NCBI GenBank assembly: GCA_965226495.1
Contig: OZ245365.1
Location: forward strand, 3,296,001-3,360,000
DNA length: 64,000 nt
Direction of reading: 5' to 3'
From: Candidatus Marinacidobacterales bacterium
Lineage (GTDB): Bacteria > Acidobacteriota > Vicinamibacteria > Marinacidobacterales > DATDRI01
Made by a program: the position numbers and the translations under genes. This document shows positions 30,411 to 39,084 of this stretch, in pieces; position 1 is the stretch's first letter; the number at the start of each line of letters is the position of its first letter. The notes under the pieces were generated by a model. The model was not told the DNA's origin, made no database searches, and saw only the letters and a program-made list of their open reading frames with translations.

Positions 30411-33077
30411 CTAGCTGGCTTTGATGCGTGCCAGCGCATCCTGGGCGGCGCGCGCCACATCAGGATCGGATTCTTTCGCCGCGGATTGGAGCAGCGGGAC
30501 GCTACTGTAAGAGCGCAAGTTTCCAAGTCCGATGAGCGCTTGAACTCGCGAGGCGAGGGCTTCGTCGGCGGCCGCCCGCTCCAACAACCCGACGGCCCAT
30601 GAGCCACCCAGCGATTCCAAACAGAGACAACCGATGCGCTGATGGATCGCCCCGTCGCTTCCGAGCGAGCGCTCGATCGCACCGTGCAAGCTGGCTGCCG
30701 CAGAGTCCGCGGAAAGCGCCTCCCGGTAGCACTCGGACGCTAGAACGAGATCGCGTTCGAGAAGGCCGTTCACCAAATCGGAGCTGTCTTCCAACATCCC
30801 ACTGAGGAAAGCGAGCGCACCATGAAAAGGACCTCGCTTGAGATTGTGGGGACGATCATCTAGCGAGGAATCGTGTATCCACTCGGCGGCGTCGACAAGC
30901 TCGAGTAACTCGCTGGTGCTATTCGACCGGAGGGCGTAGGCAGTCAGAAACTCCTGGATGGCAACGTTCGGGAACGAGAACGCGTGCGGACCTCTTAGCA
31001 ATCTCGTTTTGCTCAATGCCGCAAGCAGCTCTTCTGAGCTGGTACGGCCGAAATGGCTATCGAACCAATCCTGGGGTTCGCTCATCTCGCCTTCGAGGTG
31101 CTCGCGTCGAAGCGATGTTCTACCCGCACCACTCATCCGAAGGGCAAGTGCGGGAAGAACAATTTCCCTGATCTCCGAGGAGAGCGACTGACCCGCTACT
31201 TGGTAAAAGGCCGCGTAGAGGCCGCTCCGAGTGTAAGGAACGCTCGAGCCCTCCCGCCAGAGTCGCCGCGCCATCGCCAACACCTGGGGGTTTCCGCCTC
31301 GGGAACCCATGGCCTGCAAGAGCTGCCGATACAGGACCCGAGCCTGCTCGACCCTCATCGCCTCGCCTTCCACGAGGAAATCGGCCGCTTCCCATTCGGC
31401 GAAAGGGAGAAGCTCGAACCAGTTCGGAATGTCGAGCGACAGCGGTACCGGCCTCCGCGCAGCAGCGACGAAGCGGTTCAAGGAAAATCGCTGCATGAAG
31501 GTGTTCAGCTTCTCGGTCAAGCGCCTCGAGGAGTCAGCACTCATTTCGTCCAAACCGTCCATCAGGAAGAGGAACCGACCCTCCTCGAGATCACTCAGGA
31601 AAAGCTTTCGGTCGAATCCTTCTCCGACGAAATCCAACAGCTCTGCCCCGGCTGGAAGATCAGAGAGGCTCACATAAACCGGAAGAGGCGACTTGGCACT
31701 GTAGGAAAGAATGGGTTGGGCAGAGTCGTAAAAGAGCTTGAACAACGTCATGCTCTTGCCCGCGCCGGGCTCTCCCAACACCAGCAACCGCTGAAAACGG
31801 CGGGCAAGCTCCGGGGCGTCTTGAGGCTGCCCGAGGAAATCGGCTGCGTGAAGGTAGGATGACATCGGGTCTTGACGCGGCATCCATTTTAGGAGCTGGT
31901 GCGCGTAGCGCTCGGGTTTGGGCCATATTCGATTCAAGGTCTCTCGGAGCCGGCGGCGATAACGCCCCTCCGAAAGCTCGTACACCTGGCGAACCCGCTC
32001 CCCCGCCCGACTGTGGAAGACCGCGGGATCCTTCTGCGAGACGAACAGTGCGGGTGCCAGCCATGCGCTTTCGAGTGGAAAGAAGGATCCCAATTCTCGC
32101 CGGGCTTCGGAAAGGCACGCGTCGACGGGCTTGAGAGTCGCAAGGGCACGGTAGAACGACTCCGCGAATCGGACGGCCAAGTCTTCCGGCCTCAAACCGC
32201 CCAAACTCACTAGCGCCGGAACGTGTTCCAGCAGCTGCCCAGCAAGCTCCGGGCCCACACCGACCACGCCCTCACCGCCGCTGAATACCATCAGGCGCGG
32301 GCTTCCGTCTTGAAGGAGGCTCACCAGCTGCGCCGGCGTGTTGAACTCACTACCACCGTCCGCGTGAACCAGTCCTATCTTGGCTTCACCAGAGGTCCAG
32401 CGACTCGACGCCAGCAAATGCAAGACGTCCACGTTGCGCCGCACGAGACCATGCAGCCGATCCCGCGTGAGACCGTCCTGACCGATTGCTCGCCCCTCTT
32501 CCTGCACCGAGACCAGCCCTTCTCCCTCCAGGCGACGGAGAGCTTCGCGTATGGCGACCGCCTCTTGACGGATCCGGGGAGCATCTCGTTCATCGGAAAA
32601 CTCGGCTGCGAGAAGTACTTTCAGTGGGAGTTCGAGGGGAACCGAAGCCGGCTCTTTGGCGTGCTCTACGAAACGAACAAGCGTCGTTTCGGGAGAATTC
32701 CCGAGGAAGGCAGCCCGACGGGTATCGTAGAGGCACTCCCAAGGCAGACGAGCGACGTTCGGGGGATCGATTTTGAGTCGAATGAGCAGCCGAGTTTCGG
32801 TGGGGCGAGTCTGCTCGCGAAGGTGGATGTAAAGCCGCAGGAGGTCGCCTTGGAACAAGGAGTCGAAGAGCCTGGCCCCCACATATTGGAGCTCTTCGGG
32901 GTTGAGCTCGTCAAGGGTGTCGACGTAGCCAACGAATCGCGGGTCGTCGAAGGGCATGTGGATCTGCACCGGTGGCGTCGAACGGCCAAACTCATCCCAA
33001 CCCACGGCCGAATAAAAGCCGGGTGTCGGGTCCGTCCATACCGCTATTAGAAGATCCTGGTGCTCAAGCTCCCTCAT
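30411..33077 (-). CDS. CHAT-like domain + NACHT/STAND NTPase + HEAT-repeat protein
   Basis: GARLFDSLF...RLPWECLYD...RFAESFY...WLAPALF (CHAT); GEPGAGKS Walker A; FLMDGLDE Walker B; C-terminal HEAT-like ALIGLG and DPDVARAAQDAL. Confidence 0.75.
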   Translation of the reverse strand: MRELEHQDLLIAVWTDPTPGFYSAVGWDEFGRSTPPVQIHMPFDDPRFVGYVDTLDELNPEELQYVGARLFDSLFQGDLLRLYIHLREQTRPTETRLLIRLKIDPPNVARLPWECLYDTRRAAFLGNSPETTLVRFVEHAKEPASVPLELPLKVLLAAEFSDERDAPRIRQEAVAIREALRRLEGEGLVSVQEEGRAIGQDGLTRDRLHGLVRRNVDVLHLLASSRWTSGEAKIGLVHADGGSEFNTPAQLVSLLQDGSPRLMVFSGGEGVVGVGPELAGQLLEHVPALVSLGGLRPEDLAVRFAESFYRALATLKPVDACLSEARRELGSFFPLESAWLAPALFVSQKDPAVFHSRAGERVRQVYELSEGRYRRRLRETLNRIWPKPERYAHQLLKWMPRQDPMSSYLHAADFLGQPQDAPELARRFQRLLVLGEPGAGKSMTLFKLFYDSAQPILSYSAKSPLPVYVSLSDLPAGAELLDFVGEGFDRKLFLSDLEEGRFLFLMDGLDEMSADSSRRLTEKLNTFMQRFSLNRFVAAARRPVPLSLDIPNWFELLPFAEWEAADFLVEGEAMRVEQARVLYRQLLQAMGSRGGNPQVLAMARRLWREGSSVPYTRSGLYAAFYQVAGQSLSSEIREIVLPALALRMSGAGRTSLRREHLEGEMSEPQDWFDSHFGRTSSEELLAALSKTRLLRGPHAFSFPNVAIQEFLTAYALRSNSTSELLELVDAAEWIHDSSLDDRPHNLKRGPFHGALAFLSGMLEDSSDLVNGLLERDLVLASECYREALSADSAAASLHGAIERSLGSDGAIHQRIGCLCLESLGGSWAVGLLERAAADEALASRVQALIGLGNLRSYSSVPLLQSAAKESDPDVARAAQDALARIKAS

Positions 33078-33167
33078 GTTGTTCTTCCCGGCGCGCCAAG
33101 AAAAGGACCACAGAGAAACCGATCCCTGCGAGGACACAAGTGCGTCATTCTTAGGAGTTTGCGGTGC

Positions 33168-33196
33168 TTGTTACACCATTTTGAGTTATTTGTCAA
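33168..33196 (-). promoter_or_regulatory. Possible sigma70 promoter of the CHAT-NACHT gene
   Basis: TTGACA-17 bp-TAACAA (weak -10). Confidence 0.3.
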
Positions 33197-33297
33197 GCTG
33201 TGCGGCAGAAGGCCTTTATTTTCAACGGAATCCACTGTGCCACGTGGGTACTCTGTGGCTCATGAGTGGCGGCCTCGCACCCGCCTGATGGACGTAG

Positions 33298-34077
33298 CTA
33301 TCCCTTGAAATTGGCCTGCAGGATGTTCATCCGGTAGTCGTCGCCTCCCATTTGGACATCTCTGCACATTTCGTAGAGTCGCGAACGAAGACGAGAAGTG
33401 ATCCTCTCCGACAAGGTATATTCTTCGGTCGGCGGCCGTTTGCCGAACCCGGGGGCCGGCGCGGAGCGAGCCGCGACCCGACGGTCTGAGAAATTGGTTG
33501 TGATGACGGTGAGCTTCTTTTCGTTGTACCGGTGGTTCAGGATATAGAAGAGCGTATCGAACACCCACAGCGTCGAGTTTTCCCCACCGAGATCGTCGAG
33601 CACCAGCAGCTCCGATTCGAGTACCGGTTGCAAGACTCCCATCTCCGTAACCGAAGTTTCCGGACTATACGATTCCTTTATCTCCCGCAGCAAGGAGCGG
33701 AAATCGGCGAAGCGAGTCCTGGTCCGAATACGTCTCTCCACGAGCACGCGCCTGCAAATGGCAACGGCGAGATGGGTTTTCCCAACCCCGGGAGGACCGC
33801 TAAACAAAAGACCGGCCTCGTTATCCGGGAACTCGTCGGCCCACTTTCCGGCAATCTTGCAGGCCTGGGCCAACTTAGGGTGGAGCAGCTCGAAGGGCTT
33901 TCCTCCACTCCGTTCATCAAACGCACAGTCGCGATACCGAGAGGGGACCCGGGCCTTCCCCATCGCGGAGCCGGTGGTGTCACCCAACCAACAATCGCAC
34001 CGCTCTACCCGAACGACACCGTCCCGTTCGGCTCGCCTCCACGACGTGCCATCACAAATCGAACAAGGTTCGCTCAA
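33298..34077 (-). CDS. DnaC/IstB-like AAA+ ATPase (helicase-loader family)
   Basis: N-terminal CxxC...Cx[36 protein letters not shown]. Confidence 0.85.
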   Translation of the reverse strand: MSEPCSICDGTSWRRAERDGVVRVERCDCWLGDTTGSAMGKARVPSRYRDCAFDERSGGKPFELLHPKLAQACKIAGKWADEFPDNEAGLLFSGPPGVGKTHLAVAICRRVLVERRIRTRTRFADFRSLLREIKESYSPETSVTEMGVLQPVLESELLVLDDLGGENSTLWVFDTLFYILNHRYNEKKLTVITTNFSDRRVAARSAPAPGFGKRPPTEEYTLSERITSRLRSRLYEMCRDVQMGGDDYRMNILQANFKG

Positions 34078-34931
34078 TTGAGGAAACCTCGCATGGCTTG
34101 GGCTGTGTTCGAGCGACGCAACTTTGCGATAGCCTTCGATTCGATCTGCCGAATCCTTTCCCGCGAAAGTTGCAGCCGATCCCCAATTTCCTGAAGGGTC
34201 TGCGGCTCCTCGCCGTCCAGGCCGAAGCGAAGTCGGACGACTTCTGACTCTTTGGGACCGAGCTCGGTCAGAAGTTTTTGGATCTGCGCCAGGAAAGACT
34301 TCTGAATCAGCGCCACCTCAACCTGGGGATCGGTCCCCTGCTCCAAGTGGTCGCTCAACTCGAGGTCTCCGTCCTCGCCCAACGTTTCCGATAGTGAGAC
34401 ATCGCTGCCGGAGATAGCGATAAAGGTGTTCACCGCGTCGAGCGAAATGTCGAGAGTCGCAGCTACTTCTTCGGGAGCCGGCGTGCCCTTGTCATCTTTG
34501 TCCGCCTTAAACTCGCGTTCGATCCGACTGAAGGCCGTTGCCATGCGTGACGGGACGCTAAAGACGCGCTTGTGCTCGGAGACCGCTTGAATGATGGATT
34601 GTCGAATCCACCAGACCGCGTAGGAAATGAATTTGACGTTGCGGTCCGGATCGAATCGACGCGACGCCTGCATCAATCCCAAGTTCCCCTCGTGAATGAG
34701 GTCAAAGAATGACAGCCCCAAACCTCTGAAGCGTTTCGCATAACTCACACCAAATCTCAGGTTGCACTCCACGAGCCTTCGGAGCGCGTCCTCGTCCCCT
34801 TGCCGAATTCGGCGTCCCAGCTCTTTCTCCTCCTCTGGAGTGAGGCGAGGAAACTTGCCGATCTCACGTATGTAGTAGCCGAGCGTTTCCGCGTCGTCGG
34901 ATGAAAACCCCCATCCACGTGCGACCGGCAT
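34074..34931 (-). CDS. Sigma70-family (RpoD/RpoS-like) alternative sigma factor lacking region 1.1
   Basis: YIREIG, NLRFGVSYAK, DLIHEGNLGL, KFISYAVWWIRQ, SRERIRQIE; start uncertain. Confidence 0.88.
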   Translation of the reverse strand: MPVARGWGFSSDDAETLGYYIREIGKFPRLTPEEEKELGRRIRQGDEDALRRLVECNLRFGVSYAKRFRGLGLSFFDLIHEGNLGLMQASRRFDPDRNVKFISYAVWWIRQSIIQAVSEHKRVFSVPSRMATAFSRIEREFKADKDDKGTPAPEEVAATLDISLDAVNTFIAISGSDVSLSETLGEDGDLELSDHLEQGTDPQVEVALIQKSFLAQIQKLLTELGPKESEVVRLRFGLDGEEPQTLQEIGDRLQLSRERIRQIESKAIAKLRRSNTAQAMRGFLN

Positions 34932-35230
34932 GGCCCGATCATGCCGCAGGTGGGCCGGTCTGGGCAAGGCCTGTCGGGCCACGTACTCGTCGCAAGTTTT
35001 CACCCTTTTGTAAGGAGGGAAGTGGGGCATTCTCCCCTTTTTCATGAAGGGACAACAGTGTGGGAGTGTGCTTGTTTTGCCTGGTGCGCCGACAACATAG
35101 CCTATCGCTCTTCTTAGTTTAGTGTCCGCGCGTTTCCTGCCAAGACAGCGAGTGAAACGGGTTGGTAGGCCGAGGGACGGCCCAAGCAAGGAGACCGAGA
35201 TAAATCGGTACCCCTAGGCGTCCTCAGTTG

Positions 35231-35662
35231 TCAGGAGTCTCGGGAAACTTTGACCAAATCACGGGGAGGAAGCTTTACTAGAGCGTTCTTCACGCGATCC
35301 TTCCACCCTTCCTCCTCTTTCACCATTTCCTTGCGCACGTACTCGATAAATTCGCTCACCTCGACCTGCATCTGCTCCATCTTCAGCCGCATGTTCAGAA
35401 TAATCTCAACCCCGGCGAGGTTCACACCCAGATCGCGCGTGAGATTGAGAACCGTTTCGAGTTGACGAAGATCCTCTTCCGAGTAGAGCCGGGTGTTGCC
35501 CTCAGTGCGAGAAGGCTTCAGCAGACCCTCCCGCTCGTACAGCCTCAGAGTCTGCGGGTGAATCCCGTAGGTCTGCGCCACGGCGCTGATCATGTAATAC
35601 CCTTTTCCCTTGGGGCGGCCTCCTCGAGATTTCTCGCGCGGAGGCGGACTCGATCGTTTCAC
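35231..35662 (-). CDS. hspR: HspR-type MerR-family heat-shock repressor
   Basis: YMISAVA...IHPQTLRLYEREGLLKPSRTEGNTRLYS...LGVNLAGV; overlaps the dnaJ stop. Confidence 0.85.
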   Translation of the reverse strand: MKRSSPPPREKSRGGRPKGKGYYMISAVAQTYGIHPQTLRLYEREGLLKPSRTEGNTRLYSEEDLRQLETVLNLTRDLGVNLAGVEIILNMRLKMEQMQVEVSEFIEYVRKEMVKEEEGWKDRVKNALVKLPPRDLVKVSRDS

Positions 35663-36795
35663 CGCAACACCCCCTTGTCCTTTTCGAACGCCACACAGAG
35701 CTCACGGCGTGGGTTCTCTGGATGCAGTCGCGCGAGCTCGCGTAGCAATTCCTGCGTTCGGTCGTCGTACACCACCGGCGTCACCACTTGGATCTTCACG
35801 AATAGATCTCCCCGCCCTCTACCTCTCAGAGACGGAGCTCCACGCCCGGAGAGCCGAAGCTTCTGACCACTTTGCACTCCAGGCGGCACCCGCACTTTGA
35901 CCGCCCCTTCGACGGTGGGTACCTCGACACGGCAACCGAGCGCCGCCTCGCTGAACGTAATCGGCACCGTGCAAAAAAGATTGTCGCCCTTTCGAGTAAA
36001 GAAAGGATGTGGCTCGGCGGCTACGATTTGGATCATCATGTAGAGATCCCCAGTGTTGCCGCCGCTGCGACCTTCGTTTCCGAACCCGGGCACTGCCACC
36101 TTCGATCCATCATCCACGCCAGGAGGGATTTGGACTTGGACGGTCTCTTCCTTCACCATCCGGCCAACTCCTTGACAGTCAGGACAATCTTGACGGTCGA
36201 CTGCCCCCGAACCGCTGCAGTCTGGGCAAGGGCGAGCGAACAACATGTGGCCTCGCGCTTGCGTGGCCCGTCCACGTCCCTGACAAGTTCGGCAAGTCTG
36301 CGACCGGTTGGAAGGCAAATGCCCCCAGCCTTCGCAGGTCTCGCAGGCGATAAGCCGATTCACTTGAAAGGAGGCGGTCAACCCTTTGAGCGACTCCTCG
36401 AAGGAGATACCCAAAGAATGTTGGACATCTTCCCCGCGCATGGCCCCCTTTGATAGCGAGGAAGCCTCTTCGCGACCGAAGATCTCCGTAAAAACGTCGG
36501 CGTTGGACCTACCGGACATCGAGAAATCAAAACCTTCGAAGCCATAACCGGCAGCCGTCTCGGCGTCTTCTGTCGCCGGCTTGGCCCCCGTTCTATCGTA
36601 CTGTTCGCGCTCGGCAGGGTCGGACAGCACCTCGTATGCCTCCGTTATCCTTCGATAACGCACTTCCGCGACGCGGTCGCCGGGATTTATCTCAGGGTGG
36701 TACTTGCGAGCCAGCTTTCGGTAAGCCCTTCTTATCTCAATGCGGCTTGCGGTGCGCTTGACACCGAGGAGCTCATAGTAGGTACGCCGTTCCAT
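35659..36795 (-). CDS. dnaJ: Class A DnaJ chaperone (HPE variant)
   Basis: J domain (KYHPE), four CxxCxGxG repeats, C-terminal GDL repeats; downstream of dnaK. Confidence 0.88.
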   Translation of the reverse strand: MERRTYYELLGVKRTASRIEIRRAYRKLARKYHPEINPGDRVAEVRYRRITEAYEVLSDPAEREQYDRTGAKPATEDAETAAGYGFEGFDFSMSGRSNADVFTEIFGREEASSLSKGAMRGEDVQHSLGISFEESLKGLTASFQVNRLIACETCEGWGHLPSNRSQTCRTCQGRGRATQARGHMLFARPCPDCSGSGAVDRQDCPDCQGVGRMVKEETVQVQIPPGVDDGSKVAVPGFGNEGRSGGNTGDLYMMIQIVAAEPHPFFTRKGDNLFCTVPITFSEAALGCRVEVPTVEGAVKVRVPPGVQSGQKLRLSGRGAPSLRGRGRGDLFVKIQVVTPVVYDDRTQELLRELARLHPENPRRELCVAFEKDKGVLR

Positions 36796-36828
36796 CCTTC
36801 TCGCAACCTAATTTACAAATCTCGCTTC

Positions 36829-38778
36829 TTACTTTTTGTCATCCGCGTCCACGATCTCGGCATCGATGACATCACCCTCGCCGTCGCCAGCTCCCGGTCC
36901 ACCCCCGGACTCGCCTGCCTCCGCCCCTCCCGGCGGCGACGGGCCGGCATCTTGGGCATCTCCACCACTGGCAGTCGCCCCGGCCTGCTTGTACATAATC
37001 TCGGCTAGACGATGACTTGCCCGCTCTAGAACTTCTCGGGCGTTTCGAACTGCTTGGACATCCGAATCCTGCAAGGCCTTCTTAGCATCCTGGATCGCGA
37101 GCTCGATTTGCGAAGCCTCCTCCGCGGGGATCTTGTCCTTGTTCTCGGCCAGAATCTTGTCCGTCTGGTAGACGAGGCTATCAGCCGTATTGCGCTCCTC
37201 GGCTTCCTCTTTCCGTCGCTGGTCATCCTCGGCGTGAGACTCGGCCTGCTTCTGCATCTTCTCGACCTCGGCTTGATCCAGCCCGCTCGAGGCGGTAATC
37301 GTGATGGCCTGCTGCTTCGAGGTCGCCAAGTCTTTGGCCGACACGTTGACGATTCCGTTTGCATCGATATCGAAGGTCACTTCGACCTGCGGCACTCCCC
37401 TCGGTGCTGGCGGAATGCCAACCAGCTGGAAACGCCCGAGAGCGCGATTGTCACTTGCCATCGCTCTTTCGCCTTGAAGCACGTGCACTTCGACCTGGGT
37501 TTGGTTATCGGAGGCGGTGGAAAAAATCTCTCCCTTTCGGGTCGGAATCGTCGTATTTCGCTCGATGAGCTTGGTAAACACGCCTCCGAGCGTTTCGATT
37601 CCGAGTGACAACGGTGTGACGTCGAGCAATAGCAGATCTTTCACCTCGCCCGACAGAACCCCCGCCTGGATGGCGGCTCCCACCGCGACGACTTCGTCCG
37701 GATTGACCCCCTTGTGCGGGTCCTTTCCGAAGACCTCACGAACGATCTCCTGGACTTTGGGGATTCGCGTGGAGCCTCCGACAAGAACCACCTCGTCGAT
37801 CTCTTTCGCCATCAGGTCTGCGTCCTGCATGGCTTGCTTGCAGGGTCCTACCGTTCTTTGCAGCAAATCCTCGATCAACTGTTCTAGCTTGGAGCGGCTG
37901 AGACGCAGAGAAAGATGCTTCGGCCCCGACGCGTCGGCAGTAATGAACGGCAGACTAATCTCCGTCTCCATCGTCGACGAAAGCTCAATCTTCGCCTTTT
38001 CGGATGCCTCTTTGAGCCGCTGCAACGCCATCCGATCACTAGACAGATCGATTCCCTGCTCCTTAACGAACTCATCGGTGATCCAATCGATGATCCTTTG
38101 ATCGATGTTGTCACCGCCGAGATGCGTGTCGCCATTGGTCGACTTGACCTCGACGACGCCCTCACCTACTTCCAAAATCGAAATATCGAACGTTCCTCCT
38201 CCGAAATCGTAGACGGCAATCTTCTCATCCGTCTTTTTGTCCAGCCCGTATGCGAGAGCCGCGGCGGTCGGTTCGTTGACGATGCGCATGACTTCGATGC
38301 CCGCGATCTTGCCGGCGTCTTTGGTAGCTTGCCGTTGACTGTCGTTGAAGTAGGCGGGAACCGTGATCACGGCCTGTTCGATCTTGGTCCCCAAGTAGTC
38401 CTCGGCTGCCTGTCTCATCTTTTGCAGGATCATGGCGGAGATCTCGGGTGGCGAATGCTGGCGTCCCTTGATCTCCACTCGCGCGTCCCCGTTGTCGGCC
38501 TCAATCACCTTATAGGGAACCATCTTCATCTCTTCTGAGACTTCGTCGTAGCGACGCCCCATGAACCTCTTGATTGAGAAAATGGTGTTCTCTGGATTGG
38601 TGACCGCTTGGCGCTTGGCGACCTGCCCCACGAGTCGCTCGTTTCCCTTGGTGAATGCGACCACAGACGGAGTCGTCCGACTCCCTTCTGGGTTCGTTAT
38701 AACGGACGGACTGCCGCCCTCCATGACCGCGACCACGGAATTCGTCGTGCCGAGGTCAATGCCGATGATCTTGCCCAT
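36829..38778 (-). CDS. dnaK: Chaperone DnaK (Hsp70)
   Basis: [36 protein letters not shown]. Confidence 0.98.
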   Translation of the reverse strand: MGKIIGIDLGTTNSVVAVMEGGSPSVITNPEGSRTTPSVVAFTKGNERLVGQVAKRQAVTNPENTIFSIKRFMGRRYDEVSEEMKMVPYKVIEADNGDARVEIKGRQHSPPEISAMILQKMRQAAEDYLGTKIEQAVITVPAYFNDSQRQATKDAGKIAGIEVMRIVNEPTAAALAYGLDKKTDEKIAVYDFGGGTFDISILEVGEGVVEVKSTNGDTHLGGDNIDQRIIDWITDEFVKEQGIDLSSDRMALQRLKEASEKAKIELSSTMETEISLPFITADASGPKHLSLRLSRSKLEQLIEDLLQRTVGPCKQAMQDADLMAKEIDEVVLVGGSTRIPKVQEIVREVFGKDPHKGVNPDEVVAVGAAIQAGVLSGEVKDLLLLDVTPLSLGIETLGGVFTKLIERNTTIPTRKGEIFSTASDNQTQVEVHVLQGERAMASDNRALGRFQLVGIPPAPRGVPQVEVTFDIDANGIVNVSAKDLATSKQQAITITASSGLDQAEVEKMQKQAESHAEDDQRRKEEAEERNTADSLVYQTDKILAENKDKIPAEEASQIELAIQDAKKALQDSDVQAVRNAREVLERASHRLAEIMYKQAGATASGGDAQDAGPSPPGGAEAGESGGGPGAGDGEGDVIDAEIVDADDKK

Positions 38779-38830
38779 CGCTTTCTGTCCTCCCTAGTAG
38801 GTCCTCCTATTGGAGGCTTAGTCGGTGTAA

Positions 38831-38860
38831 AGGATAGAATGTGAGCGCGAATATGTCAAG
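38831..38860 (-). promoter_or_regulatory. dnaK sigma70 promoter overlapped by a HAIR-like operator
   Basis: TTGACA-17 bp-TATCCT; CTTGACA-N7-GCTCACA overlaps the -35 box and spacer. Confidence 0.65.
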
Positions 38861-39013
38861 TTTTTTGCGGTTTTTTCTAGAGAAAAACCATGTCCGACTA
38901 GGGCTACAAGGTGTCACTTGTGGGTGACCCACCAAACGGTGGTACACGATAAGCGGCTCGCCTAAACATCTGAAAAAGAAGGGCCTACGAGGCTTGCCTC
39001 GGGGGGATGAAGA

Positions 39014-39029
39014 TGGTACACAGGTTGCA
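39014..39029 (+). promoter_or_regulatory. Sigma54 -24/-12 promoter
   Basis: TGGTAC-ACAGG-TTGCA about 55 bp upstream of the start at 39085. Confidence 0.6.
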
Positions 39030-39084
39030 AAACCATAGGTTAGCGAACCGGCCCCCGGCTTGCTCGACACTTTGGAGGCCCAAC

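Noticed and set aside
33298-34077. IS21 element or prophage replication module
   Set aside because: No IstA transposase, terminal inverted repeats or phage genes nearby
35128-35144. Possible sigma54 site upstream of the sigma factor (TTGGCAGGAAACGCGC, minus strand)
   Set aside because: The -12 element lacks TTGC; too weak to call
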